DNA of 64,000 nt from Cyanophyceae cyanobacterium (GCA_050331735.1 JBHJGN010000048.1:29125-93124); one strand, 5' to 3'. Shown: positions 39,873 through 50,452, counted from the stretch's first letter. Notes: a model not told the origin generated them from the letters alone. Translations and numbers: made by a program.

Positions 39873-40760
39873 ATGAAACTACCGACCTTTTTGATAGTGG
39901 GAGTACAGAAAGCAGGAACAACTTCCATCTATAAATATCTTCAGCAGCATCCCCAGGTCTACATGAGTCCGATCAAGGAAACAAACTTTTTAGAGAAGGA
40001 CTGGGAAGCGTTCGCGGCTGAAACTGGAAGGCAAAACAGAAGCGGAATCAACACGTTTGCAGAGTACTGTCACCTATTTGAGAACGCTACAGATGAACTC
40101 GCGCTGGGTGAAATTTCTCCCAATTATCTGTTTCACCATGAAACGTCTGCTGAGCGCATTCAGCGCTATGTCCCCCACGCCAAACTGATTGCTATTCTGC
40201 GTAATCCGATAGAGAGAGCCTATTCTGACTATTTAATGCACGTCCGAGACGCCATCGACGAGAAGAGTCTCTCTGAGCAGATTAAAACGAGCGCTCATCA
40301 GTCTTACATTATTCGCAAAGGACTTTACTACACTCCCCTAAAATACTATTTTGATAAATTTGGCCAGGAGCAACTGAAAGTTTATCTGTACGAAGATTTA
40401 TGTACCGCTCCGGCTCAGTTTATGAGCGCTCTATATCGCTTTATTGGTGTTGATGACGGGTTCGATATCGATACATCTAAAAAAGCACAGGTTGCTCAGG
40501 TGCCGAAAGTGAAGCTCGTCAATAACCTTCTCCAGCGCCAAAATCCGCTCCGCTCATCGATCGCGGCTGTGCTTAAACCGCTCTTCCCGGAAGAAGCGAG
40601 GCAAACTCTTCGTCAAAAATTAGTGCAGCTCAATTCTCAGGATAAACAAAAAGCGCCTCTGTCGGCTGAAGATCGCCAAGGGCTCATTGAAATATACCGT
40701 GAAGATATTCTCAAGCTACAGGATTTGATTGGGCGAGATCTCTCAACGTGGCTTAACTGA
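39873..40760 (+). CDS. Sulfotransferase
   Basis: GVQKAGTTS (5'-PSB) and LRNPIERAYS (3'-PB); ATG at 39873 chosen. Confidence 0.9.
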   Translation: MKLPTFLIVGVQKAGTTSIYKYLQQHPQVYMSPIKETNFLEKDWEAFAAETGRQNRSGINTFAEYCHLFENATDELALGEISPNYLFHHETSAERIQRYVPHAKLIAILRNPIERAYSDYLMHVRDAIDEKSLSEQIKTSAHQSYIIRKGLYYTPLKYYFDKFGQEQLKVYLYEDLCTAPAQFMSALYRFIGVDDGFDIDTSKKAQVAQVPKVKLVNNLLQRQNPLRSSIAAVLKPLFPEEARQTLRQKLVQLNSQDKQKAPLSAEDRQGLIEIYREDILKLQDLIGRDLSTWLN

Positions 40761-40939
40761 AGCAAAAATAGTTAATTGTTGACGGGTGATTGTTAATTGT
40801 CTTATTGACCAAGACATATTCCTCACCTTAAGAACTCAAAACGGACCCTTTTGCCTCCTTAGATTTTGAAAGACTTCAAAGTTTGTTTCCTGTCAATAAA
40901 GTCATAAAAAGTATTAAACCATCAACAAATTGAGCATAC

Positions 40940-41875
40940 ATGACTAAAGAGTATCTGCCACAGGTTTCAGTAATTGTGCCGATTTATAATGGTGAAGCAG
41001 ACGTACCGGGGCTGATCGAGTGTCTGCGATCGCAGATCTATCCTGCTGAACGGGTTGAGTATTTACTAGTCGATAACAACAGCAGCGATCGCACAGCAGC
41101 CCTGCTGGCTGAGGCGCAATCATCGGATTTCGAGATGAGACCCCTCAGCGAAAAGATTCAAAGCTCTTACGCTGCCCGTAACCGAGGGATTCGCTCAGCG
41201 AGCAGCTCAATTCTCGCCTTTACCGATGCCGACTGCCGTCCGCAGCCAGACTGGTTAGACAAGCTGGTGCCGCCCTTTGCCAATCCTAGCGTGGGCATTG
41301 TCGTCGGGGAGGTAGTGGCGCTACCGGGGGCCACCCTACTGGAGAAGTACGCCGAGTGCGCTCACCTCCTCTCGCAAAAATTTTTGGTCGAGCATCCGTT
41401 TTGCCCCTACGGACAGACGGCTAATTTAGCCGTTCGCCGGCAGGCTTTCGAGGAAGTTGGTTTGTTTCGTCCCCACCTAACCACCGGAGGCGATGCCGAT
41501 ATGTGCTGGCGCATCCTGCGACAAACGCAGTGGCAGCTCGAATTTGCTCCCGACGCAATTGTTCGTCACCGTCATCGTTCTAGCCTCCGCTCGTTTAAAA
41601 GCCAGTGGCAGCGCTACGGTCGCTCTAATGTTTATCTGCACCAGCTTCACGGAGTTAATCTGATGCGGGAACTGACCTGGAGAGAGTCTCTCTATCGCCT
41701 GAGTCGCTGGCTGGTCAAGGAACTACCGAGTACCAGCCTTAGAGCGATCGCTGGAAAAGCTCAGCCCGTAGAGCTACTGAAGACTCCCATCGATTTAATT
41801 GGGTATCGAGCCAGAACAACTGGGCAGCGTCAGGCCAAACTGCCAGAAGCAGCGCAGGAAATTGAGTGGTTCTAG
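40940..41875 (+). CDS. Glycosyltransferase family 2
   Basis: SVIVPIYN, VDNNSSD, ARNRG, FTDAD, QWQRY. Confidence 0.9.
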   Translation: MTKEYLPQVSVIVPIYNGEADVPGLIECLRSQIYPAERVEYLLVDNNSSDRTAALLAEAQSSDFEMRPLSEKIQSSYAARNRGIRSASSSILAFTDADCRPQPDWLDKLVPPFANPSVGIVVGEVVALPGATLLEKYAECAHLLSQKFLVEHPFCPYGQTANLAVRRQAFEEVGLFRPHLTTGGDADMCWRILRQTQWQLEFAPDAIVRHRHRSSLRSFKSQWQRYGRSNVYLHQLHGVNLMRELTWRESLYRLSRWLVKELPSTSLRAIAGKAQPVELLKTPIDLIGYRARTTGQRQAKLPEAAQEIEWF

Positions 41876-41940
41876 TCGGAAGCTGTGAGCCGTTAGCTAT
41901 TCGCTAATTAATTAGTGGAACTCCTAAATCTAGCAGAAAG

Positions 41941-42912
41941 CTAGTACAGCCGACTCAGAACGTAGTCCGCTAACTTAACAAGAGCTTGGGAAGACGCTGA
42001 TGGCTTCAGCTCCTCAAGATGCCCAACCGCTAGTTTGGCATGATAGGACGCTAGTTTTCGAGCCTGCTCAATCCCGCTACTTTGAGCCACCAAAGCGAGC
42101 GCTTGCTCTAAATCCCCAGCTTCGCTGAACCTTCTCTCAATCAATGTTTCTAAATAGGGTTTTTCGCTCAGAGCATACAGGACCGGAGCTGTCAGATTAC
42201 CGCTTGCCAAATCTGACCCGGCTGGCTTTCCTAAAACTTCAGTAGAGGCGGTATAGTCGAGAATATCGTCAACGACCTGGAACGCTAGCCCAATATGTCG
42301 CCCGTAGTCGAACAGGTGGTCGGCGAGTTCTGGCGAAACGTCGCTCAACAATCCAGCCGCTTTAGCACTGTTGGCCATCAGTGAAGCGGTTTTGTAATAG
42401 GTTTTCTCTAAATAAGCCTCGATCGACAGAGCCGGATCGAAGCGTCCCATGCCCTGCTGAATTTCTCCTTCGGCGAAGTCTCGAATCACCTCAGAGAGAA
42501 GCTTCACGACGGCCAAATTATCAAGATTGGCCAAATACCAGGAGGATTGGGCAAACAGAAAGTCTCCGGCTAGAACCGCTATGCGGTTGTTGAACAGGCT
42601 ATTGACGGTCGGAACATTGCGGCGAATTTCCGCTTCATCAACGATATCGTCGTGAACTAAGCTGGCTGTGTGAATCATTTCTGTAATCTCAGCTAGACGA
42701 CGGTGACGGGGCGTGATTTCAGAGTCGGGCATGGTAGACCGAGAAATCAGCAACACAATAGCCGGTCTAATTCGTTTTCCTCCAGCACCAAATAAATGTT
42801 CAGCCGCAGCTCCTAAAATTGGATGGCGCGCGCCGATTAGCTTCTTCAAATTCTCGGTTAGGATCCGCAGATCTGCATCAACGGGGGCAAATAGGGAGGT
42901 CGCTGAGGTCAT
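41941..42912 (-). CDS. sds: Solanesyl diphosphate synthase
   Basis: GGKRIRP, HDDIVD, KTASL, VDDILD. Confidence 0.93.
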   Translation of the reverse strand: MTSATSLFAPVDADLRILTENLKKLIGARHPILGAAAEHLFGAGGKRIRPAIVLLISRSTMPDSEITPRHRRLAEITEMIHTASLVHDDIVDEAEIRRNVPTVNSLFNNRIAVLAGDFLFAQSSWYLANLDNLAVVKLLSEVIRDFAEGEIQQGMGRFDPALSIEAYLEKTYYKTASLMANSAKAAGLLSDVSPELADHLFDYGRHIGLAFQVVDDILDYTASTEVLGKPAGSDLASGNLTAPVLYALSEKPYLETLIERRFSEAGDLEQALALVAQSSGIEQARKLASYHAKLAVGHLEELKPSASSQALVKLADYVLSRLY

Positions 42913-42936
42913 TAGTTAGCCAAGCGTGGCGGCTTA

Positions 42937-42954
42937 GTTACGAATGTTTACATA
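42937..42954. promoter_or_regulatory. HLR1-like (RpaB) direct repeat upstream of sds
   Basis: GTTACGAA-tg-TTTACATA versus consensus (G/T)TTACA(T/A)(T/A)-N2-(G/T)TTACA(T/A)(T/A). Confidence 0.55.
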
Positions 42955-43437
42955 TTTATATATTTATTTTAAGCTAAGCTGCCTGGACAAGGAAGACCAA
43001 CAGCCATACTAATTTTGCTTTTATCCTTTTGATACCAACAGTTTCAGCCAATAAAAATTCTTGGCAAAGTCCTTAACATTTGCTTCCATCTTATGTTACT
43101 TTATTATTGAAGATTTTCATATTTTCTAATCCTCAGTAAAGCTGTAGTGGTGTAGGAAGTGTACAAGCTGCAGAGTAGCTTGGATTGATTTAGCGTTACG
43201 TCTAACCGTGCCAAGCCGGTATCGGTTGAGCTGTAGTTGGTCTACAGATTCTTTGGTGTGCATAACTCATAGTTAGTAACGACATCCTAGCTCAGCAGCG
43301 TCGTTCAGCGTTACCTGATGTAGGTAAAGCCTGCTTGAGCTAGCTGCGTTAGCTCAATGCCTAGAGCAGACCTCTCTTTAAAGATTGGTCGCCTCTTATC
43401 TTTTTGCTCAATTTATCGTTCCCGTACAGAAATACCG

Positions 43438-43533
43438 ATGATGATTATTCTCCTCGCCTCTGCCTACCTCCTTGCTATCTATTTACTGCTCACGGTCGCT
43501 CAGCGATACTTCAAAGCCCACAAAACATCCTGA
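43438..43533 (+). CDS. Putative 31-aa single-TM small protein MMIILLASAYLLAIYLLLTVAQRYFKAHKTS
   Basis: ATG to TGA; ~20 hydrophobic residues then a basic tail; terminator downstream. Confidence 0.5.
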   Translation: MMIILLASAYLLAIYLLLTVAQRYFKAHKTS

Positions 43534-43592
43534 TAAGGGAAGAAGAGATTAGCAAAAGCAGTGGCTCAAACTAAATACTTCGGATGCTGATG

Positions 43593-43642
43593 ACTGGTTT
43601 AGTAGAGATTTATGCTCTCGACAACCAGTTTTGTTTTTTTTT
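43593..43642 (+). terminator. Putative intrinsic terminator after the small ORF
   Basis: ACTGGTT...AGAG-loop-CTCT...AACCAGT hairpin followed by a long T tract. Confidence 0.55.
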
Positions 43643-43711
43643 GTGAGCGTTTCTTGGTTGCTACTGGTCCTTCGTCTTCGTCACCAACGAAGAATCAAGG
43701 ACTACTGCTTT

Positions 43712-44521
43712 TCACAGTGAAGCAGAAGTGACGGGCTGAAGATAAACTTTTTCGACAACGGGAATACAGCCAAGCCACTGACGGGAGAGTTGAGCAAACG
43801 TTTCTGGAGCACCGCTGACGCAAAAACGCGTGGGCATAGCCGGACGACTATTTTTGAGTCCCATCAGTTCTAGTTCCTGTTCCGCCGCTGCCACGACATG
43901 CTGAGCGGGATCGACTAACGTCACCGATGGGGGCAGGAATTGACGCAGTACCGGGGCTAGATGGGGATAGTGGGTACAGCCGTAAATGAGAGTATCAATG
44001 TTTTGCTGGAGTAGCGGTCCTAAATACTGTTGTGCCGCCTGACGGGTTTCAGGTTCATAGAGGCGATTTTTCTCAATTAGAGGAACAAAGGCAGAACAGG
44101 CAACTTCCCAGACCTGAGCGGTTTCATCAATTTCCTGAATGGCTTGACGGTAAGCGTGGCTAGAGGCAGTCGCCGGAGTCGCTAAAACTCCAATGCGCCG
44201 CCCTTGCTTGACCGCAACCCTCGCTCCTGGCAAAATAATGCCTAAAATTGGTACCTCAAATTCCTTCTGAACAACCTCTAGGGCTAAAGCTGAGCTAGTA
44301 TTACAGGCCATGATGACCATCTTGACCCCTTGACGGGTCATCCAGCCCAGAATTTCGCGGGTAAACTGCAAAATTTCTTCTAAAGAACGGATACCGTAGG
44401 GCAAGCGGGCTGTATCGGCAAAGTATAAGATTGATTCTTGAGGAAGTTGGCGATAGAGTTCTCGCAGGACGGTCAGACCGCCCACCCCACTATCAAAAAT
44501 GCCGATACGCAAGTTGCTCAT
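43712..44521 (-). CDS. murI: Glutamate racemase
   Basis: FDSGVGGLTV, PYG, ACNT, GCTHY. Confidence 0.96.
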   Translation of the reverse strand: MSNLRIGIFDSGVGGLTVLRELYRQLPQESILYFADTARLPYGIRSLEEILQFTREILGWMTRQGVKMVIMACNTSSALALEVVQKEFEVPILGIILPGARVAVKQGRRIGVLATPATASSHAYRQAIQEIDETAQVWEVACSAFVPLIEKNRLYEPETRQAAQQYLGPLLQQNIDTLIYGCTHYPHLAPVLRQFLPPSVTLVDPAQHVVAAAEQELELMGLKNSRPAMPTRFCVSGAPETFAQLSRQWLGCIPVVEKVYLQPVTSASL

Positions 44522-44612
44522 AGGTAAATATCGTTAGCTCAGGCTTCAATCTTAAGGGTGATAACTCGCTTTGTCATCCATTAAAACCCATCAACTTGGG
44601 ATATCGCTCTAC

Positions 44613-46421
44613 CTAAAGGTTATTTTGGCGAATATACTCGAGGATGCCTCTGGCGATCGCCTCAGCCATCTGCCGACGGTAGCTATCGTTTTGCAGGTTC
44701 ACCGCATCCTCTCGCCCCGTCAGAAAGCCAGTTTCTACCAAAACAGCAGGCATCAGCGACTTTCTAAGCACGTAGAATCTCGCTTGACGAACGCGGCGAT
44801 CGCGAACGCTGACGCTTTGGAGCACGTTGCGATGAATCGTTTGAGCTAAGCGCTGTCCGCTCTGGTAGTAGTAGGTTTCGAGGCCATTCACGTCCGGGCG
44901 GCTGAGATTAATGGCGTTGGCATGAATACTGACAAACAGATCGGCTCCGGCTCGATTGGCGAGCTGGGCTCGCCCTTCTAAACTCACAAAATAGTCGCTA
45001 TCGCGGGTCATCTGGACCCGGACCCCTTGCTTTTCCAGAAACTGCTTGACCATGAGAGAGATCGGCAAAATGACGTTTTTTTCCTGAACGCCATTAATCC
45101 CAATGGTGCCCGGGTCTTTTCCGCCGTGACCCGGATCGAGGGTCACTAAAACCTGGCTTGTGGGAGTAGACGGTGCGGTTGGGACTGAAGTCGTTTCTGG
45201 AGGAGGAACAGCGACGGACGACGCTGGTTTTTCGGGTTGCGGCACGACAATCGATGCTGGCGGCGGTGCTGCCGCTGTTCTGAGGGGCTGTAGCTGGAGG
45301 CTCAGTTTTTCTCCGGTGAGGTTAAGAGCCTGAACCTGAATACCCAAAGCGGGCTGAACTAACAACACCACCTGCTCCTCTTCGGCGCGCACAACAAGCT
45401 TAGAAATGGGGCTATTCGACTCAAATTCTGGTCCGGCAAAAGAGCGATCAAGTTCAGCGTTAGGAATAGTGACTTGGTAGGTTTCGTTATTGGCATCCCA
45501 GCTTCCCTGCGCCTGAACCGCTCCCTCAGAACGAATCACCAGCTCGGTATCATCCTCGGCCAGCTCCGCAGCGACAACGGTTGGAGGATCGTCAGACGGC
45601 GACGAAGAGACAAAATCACGAGGTCCGCCGACGGCCCTTGTCCCCCCTTCCGGAAACAGCACTAAGCCGCCTAGGCGACTGAACGTAGCTTGCCAGTCTG
45701 GGCTATCCTCATCGACATTGAGCGTAACGCGAGCGGCTGGAGGAGACGAGGAGGTTTGAGCAAATTCCAAGGAGCTGACTCCGTAGGCAGCTACGGAGAA
45801 GGCTTGAGAAACCAGATTATCGGGTAGGGTCACTCCTTCTAGATCGAAACTCATCTGGCGGCGATCGCGACTGCGTTCTCCCTCAATCGTCCCGCTGCGA
45901 TCGCCGCCAACCCGAATTAGCAAACCGCTTCTGGTAACCTGCACAATATCTGCTCCCGCAGCAACCGGGGCAACGGCTACCGTCGATGCTGTCTGGATGC
46001 TCGATTCTTGCTTGGGTAAAGACGACTCCTCCTCCTGCTCGGGAGTGGGCAAATCGACGGTCCATTGGGTGGGAGTAACGCCTCGAAACCTTACTTCTTC
46101 AGGGTCTAGTGTGTATCCCGGAGCGAGTTCGACAACTAGTCTCGTGGTCTGCTCATCAAACTGCCCAACACGAATGCTGCGCACGATTCCCTCCATCGTC
46201 TCTCTCACCGTTGGTTTCCCGAGCGTTGTTCCTGGTAAATCAATGACCAGGCGGGTTGGGTTAAAAATTAGCTGCGCTCTTGGCTGTACGCCTTCATCAG
46301 TACTAAAAACGAGTCGGTTGTCTCCCTCTTCAAACCGCCAAAACAGTAATCTTCCAGCTTTAGCTGGAGAACAATATAAGAAGAGGCTCAAGCAGCTTAG
46401 TACTAGCCAGCGAATTTTCAC
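44613..46421 (-). CDS. amiC: N-acetylmuramoyl-L-alanine amidase with AMIN domain(s)
   Basis: Signal peptide, AMIN (PTRLVIDLP, IRVGQF), DPGHGG, SIHAN, LVETGF. Confidence 0.9.
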   Translation of the reverse strand: MKIRWLVLSCLSLFLYCSPAKAGRLLFWRFEEGDNRLVFSTDEGVQPRAQLIFNPTRLVIDLPGTTLGKPTVRETMEGIVRSIRVGQFDEQTTRLVVELAPGYTLDPEEVRFRGVTPTQWTVDLPTPEQEEESSLPKQESSIQTASTVAVAPVAAGADIVQVTRSGLLIRVGGDRSGTIEGERSRDRRQMSFDLEGVTLPDNLVSQAFSVAAYGVSSLEFAQTSSSPPAARVTLNVDEDSPDWQATFSRLGGLVLFPEGGTRAVGGPRDFVSSSPSDDPPTVVAAELAEDDTELVIRSEGAVQAQGSWDANNETYQVTIPNAELDRSFAGPEFESNSPISKLVVRAEEEQVVLLVQPALGIQVQALNLTGEKLSLQLQPLRTAAAPPPASIVVPQPEKPASSVAVPPPETTSVPTAPSTPTSQVLVTLDPGHGGKDPGTIGINGVQEKNVILPISLMVKQFLEKQGVRVQMTRDSDYFVSLEGRAQLANRAGADLFVSIHANAINLSRPDVNGLETYYYQSGQRLAQTIHRNVLQSVSVRDRRVRQARFYVLRKSLMPAVLVETGFLTGREDAVNLQNDSYRRQMAEAIARGILEYIRQNNL

Positions 46422-46821
46422 GGTTTTTACTCCTCACAGAAAGTAGGCTTCATCAGACCGAATTGTTCCCGGAGAACTATCCGCTTGCTAGATGCCATCG
46501 CGCTTTCCTGTAGATCGGCTGGGATGACCAGACCGCGATTGCTAGTCCGAGAATACATATAGCGGTTTGCTGCACAAATGGCATCTCTAAAATTGGTCTT
46601 GACGAAGTCAGAGGAAGCCCCGTTGTTTGACGGCGGGGTCTCTCTGACCAGATTAACTCTTGATTCTCGATTCTGTATATCTCTTGCTGAAAGCAGTTGA
46701 CAATCACTAATTCTGCCACTCGGGGATTGATGACGTAACTATTAAAGTTTAAGTTTCTCTTGGTCGCAAAAATTAAAGACTAAATCAGGAAGCAGCAGAC
46801 TAGCTGCTGTGGAGGTCACCC

Positions 46822-48270
46822 CTAGCTTTTTTCTTGCATTTCTACTTCCGACTGAGCATTGGCAGCACCTTCAAGAGATGGCGTTGCCACCGGGGCTTCT
46901 TCTTGGAAAACAAATCTTAGGCAAGGAGGCGCAACAAAAGTTGTCACAATCACCATCATAATAATGGCAGCCTCGGTCGCTTCTGACAGTGCTCCGCTAG
47001 CGGCTCCAACTCCGGCAAAGACCAATCCCACTTCTCCCCGGGGAATCATACCAACGCCGATCGCCAGTTTGTTAATTTCCGGCTGTCCGAAGATGGTAAA
47101 GCCAGTAATCAGCTTTCCGATGATGGCTACGCCAATTAGAAACGCAGCAATGACCAATCCTTCTCGGTTGCTGGGAACTGCCGGATTTAACACGCTCAAG
47201 TCAGTTCGTGCCCCCACACAAACAAAAAAGATTGGCACCAAGAAGTCAGCCACCGGAACGACTTGTTCTTCAAGTTCTTTATGCTTCTCGGTTTCTGCTA
47301 ACACCAGTCCCGCCGCAAAGGCTCCTAAAATCGCTTCTAATTCTATTACCGTCGCAATATAGGAGAGAACAAAAGCAAACACTAGCGCCGTCAGCAACAC
47401 CTGACCGCGAGTGTTCATGGTGTTGACTAAGCCAACAAAGTAAGGGCCTAAAAAACGACCGACGAGGATAGTGCCGATGAGAAATACGCCAGCGCTAATA
47501 ATTAGGTAGATAATATTCGCAACCTGAATTTCTCCGGTCTTGACAAGACTCGCTACGACCGCTAGAACAATTACTCCCAAAACATCATCGAGAACAGCCG
47601 CCCCAATAATAATTTGTCCTTCTTTCGAGCTTAGCTGTCCCAGTTCGGCAAGAACCTTGGCCGTGATGCCGATACTCGTTGCCGTCAGCGCGGCCCCGGC
47701 GAAAATAGCCGGGATTGCCGGAACGCTAAAGAGATAAATCAAGCCTGCTGTCCCAGCGGCAAAGGGAGCCACAACTCCCACCACCGCCACCACCGCTGCT
47801 TGCGGACCGACGCGAATTAATTCTTTGAGGTCTGATTCTAAGCCAATTTCAAACAGCAGAATCACAACGCCCAGTTCTGCCAACAGAGAAATTACTTCGC
47901 TTTGAGTTTCATACACAGATTCAGCGGCAGCCGGACTCAGGTCTGTTGTTGTTTGCAAGAAACTGACGATGAGAGAGTCGGTCGCCTCAGATCCCCCCTC
48001 TGGAAAAACGAGGAGCCGTAGGGCAGAAACGCCAATCGCCACACCGCCTACTAGTTCTCCTAAAACAGGCGGTAGGTTGATGCGCGAACACAGTTCGCCC
48101 CCCAGTTTACTGGCTAGATAAATTACTACTAAACTGAGCAGCACTCCTGCGAAAATAAGCGAGCTATCTGCTGTTTCGGTTTCTGGTGCCGTTGCCAGTA
48201 CAAACGACGGGTTTTGTAGGATTGAGGGAAAGTTCATCCAAGTCATATCAGCCATAGGTTGGGCAGCCAT
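46822..48270 (-). CDS. CPA2 cation:proton antiporter (NhaS3-like)
   Basis: LFEIGLE, ATSIGIT, AAVLDD, MIPRGEVGL; start may lie downstream. Confidence 0.9.
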   Translation of the reverse strand: MAAQPMADMTWMNFPSILQNPSFVLATAPETETADSSLIFAGVLLSLVVIYLASKLGGELCSRINLPPVLGELVGGVAIGVSALRLLVFPEGGSEATDSLIVSFLQTTTDLSPAAAESVYETQSEVISLLAELGVVILLFEIGLESDLKELIRVGPQAAVVAVVGVVAPFAAGTAGLIYLFSVPAIPAIFAGAALTATSIGITAKVLAELGQLSSKEGQIIIGAAVLDDVLGVIVLAVVASLVKTGEIQVANIIYLIISAGVFLIGTILVGRFLGPYFVGLVNTMNTRGQVLLTALVFAFVLSYIATVIELEAILGAFAAGLVLAETEKHKELEEQVVPVADFLVPIFFVCVGARTDLSVLNPAVPSNREGLVIAAFLIGVAIIGKLITGFTIFGQPEINKLAIGVGMIPRGEVGLVFAGVGAASGALSEATEAAIIMMVIVTTFVAPPCLRFVFQEEAPVATPSLEGAANAQSEVEMQEKS

Positions 48271-48425
48271 TCTTTAATTGAGTGTACGGGTTTTATCTGA
48301 GGGAGAAGCTTCTCTACAACATCTCTCTTTACTCAATGAAATCTCTGTTAAAAACGATACAGACAAAAGATCAAGGTGAGCAACTGAAGTTCTATGATGG
48401 TTTCAAAGAGCAAGTTGACAGCAAG

Positions 48426-50432
48426 ATGACCTTAGAGAGCCACAAACAAGAGCATTTATGGAGAGTAACACAAACAAGTCCTCTGGGGGCTGATTGGACG
48501 GTGGAGGAGAGCAAAAAACTTTATCGGCTCTCAGAATGGGGAGACCCGTATTTTGAGATCAATGCGGCAGGTCACGTCACCGTTTCTCCTCAAGGAGATC
48601 GCGGCGGTAGCCTCGACCTCTGGGAGCTGGTCAATGCGCTTCAGCAGAGGAACATCGAACTGCCGGTGCTGATTCGGTTTTCGGATATTCTTGCCGATCG
48701 CCTTGAGCGACTGCATCGCTGTTTCGACCAGGCGATCGCTCGCTACAGCTATCCGGGGGCGTACCGTGGGGTATTTCCGATTAAATGCAACCAGCATCGC
48801 CATCTCGTGGAGACGCTGGTGCGGGTGGGTCAGCCCTACCAGTTTGGGTTAGAGGCTGGCTCCAAGCCAGAGCTGATGATTGCGCTGGCTAGTTTAGAAC
48901 CCACCTCAAACCAGCCGGAGGCTGAGCAGGCTTTACTTATCTGTAATGGCTATAAAGACCGAGAATACCTAGAAACCGCGCTGCTGGCCACGAAGTTGGG
49001 CCAGCCGGTCATTATTGTCATCGAGCAGCTTGAAGAACTCCGCCTGATTGTGCAGCTCGCTCGTCAGCTAGCCGTCGAGCCAGTGCTAGGAGTCCGAGCC
49101 AAGCTGAGTACGACAGGAACCGGACGCTGGGGAAACTCCACCGGTGATCGCGCTAAGTTTGGCTTGTCGATTCCGCAAATCTTGGCAGCGATTCATCAGC
49201 TTCAAGCAGCAGACATGACGCACTGTTTGCAGCTACTGCACTTTCATCTTGGCTCGCAAATTTCTTCAATTAGCGCTATTAAAGACGCGATTCGAGAAGC
49301 GTCGCAAATTTACGGGGAACTAGTCCAGCTCGGGGCCAAAATGCAGTACCTGGATGTGGGAGGGGGGTTAGCGGTCGATTACGACGGCTCTAAGACCAAC
49401 TGTGCTGCCTCCAAAAACTACAATATGCAGAACTACGCCAACGATATTGTGGCCGAGGTCAAGGAAGCCTGTGAAGAAAGACAGATTCCTGTCCCGGTCT
49501 TGATCAGCGAAAGTGGTCGAGCGATCGCCTCCCACCAATCGGTGTTGATTTTTGATGTCCTCAGTACTGACGACGTTCCCTGTCCCCCACCGCCTTCAGT
49601 GGTGCATCAAGAACACTTAATTATTCGCAACCTCTGGGAAACCTACCGCTCGATCGGCTCAGATACTTACCAAGAAGCCTATCACGATGCGATTCAGTTT
49701 AAAGAAGAAGCGATTAGCTTATTTAGCTTTGGCTATCTCAGCCTAACCGAGCGAGCCAGAGCCGAGCAGCTTTATTGGGCCTGCTGTCGCAAGATTTTGG
49801 CGATTAGTCAGCGTCAAGAATACGTCCCAGACGATTTGGCCGCTTTGGAAAAAACGATGATGTCGCTGTATAGCGTAAATTTGTCTATTTTTCAGTCGGT
49901 CCCGGATACTTGGGCCATCGAGCAACTGTTTCCGGTTATGCCGATTCATCGCCTCGACGAAAAACCCTGCCGACGCGGGATTCTGGCCGATCTTACCTGT
50001 GACAGCGACGGGCAAATCGACCGCTTTATTGATAGCAAAAAGGCTAAACCGGTCTTAGAACTGCATCCGCTACGGGAAGAAGCAAGAGACGATCGTCTTG
50101 TCAAACCTAACCGAGAGCCCTATTACCTGGGAATGTTTTTAGTGGGGGCTTATCAAGAAGTGCTAGGCAGCCTACACAACCTCTTTGGAGATACCAACGT
50201 TGTCCATGTTCAGATGAATACTGAGGGGTATCAAATTGAACATCTGGTGCGAGGAGATACAATAACGGAGGTTTTGAGCTACGTACAGTACGATGCTGAA
50301 GATCTGCTAGAGACAATGCGCCGTCGCACAGAAACCGCCCTCCAGAACCAGCGCCTGACTCTCTGTGAATCCCAAAAGCTGCTGCGAAACTACGAGCGCA
50401 GCTTGAGAAGCTATACGTACTTAACCAGTTAA
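48426..50432 (+). CDS. speA: Biosynthetic arginine decarboxylase
   Basis: FPIKCNQ, GLEAGSKPEL, HFHLGSQI, DVGGGL, DLTCDSDG; ATG at 48426 inferred. Confidence 0.93.
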   Translation: MTLESHKQEHLWRVTQTSPLGADWTVEESKKLYRLSEWGDPYFEINAAGHVTVSPQGDRGGSLDLWELVNALQQRNIELPVLIRFSDILADRLERLHRCFDQAIARYSYPGAYRGVFPIKCNQHRHLVETLVRVGQPYQFGLEAGSKPELMIALASLEPTSNQPEAEQALLICNGYKDREYLETALLATKLGQPVIIVIEQLEELRLIVQLARQLAVEPVLGVRAKLSTTGTGRWGNSTGDRAKFGLSIPQILAAIHQLQAADMTHCLQLLHFHLGSQISSISAIKDAIREASQIYGELVQLGAKMQYLDVGGGLAVDYDGSKTNCAASKNYNMQNYANDIVAEVKEACEERQIPVPVLISESGRAIASHQSVLIFDVLSTDDVPCPPPPSVVHQEHLIIRNLWETYRSIGSDTYQEAYHDAIQFKEEAISLFSFGYLSLTERARAEQLYWACCRKILAISQRQEYVPDDLAALEKTMMSLYSVNLSIFQSVPDTWAIEQLFPVMPIHRLDEKPCRRGILADLTCDSDGQIDRFIDSKKAKPVLELHPLREEARDDRLVKPNREPYYLGMFLVGAYQEVLGSLHNLFGDTNVVHVQMNTEGYQIEHLVRGDTITEVLSYVQYDAEDLLETMRRRTETALQNQRLTLCESQKLLRNYERSLRSYTYLTS

Positions 50433-50452
50433 AAGCTATGAGCTATGAGCTC

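Noticed and set aside
43151..43247. GTA-N7-TAC sequences resembling NtcA boxes
   Set aside because: Spacing is 7, not the required 8
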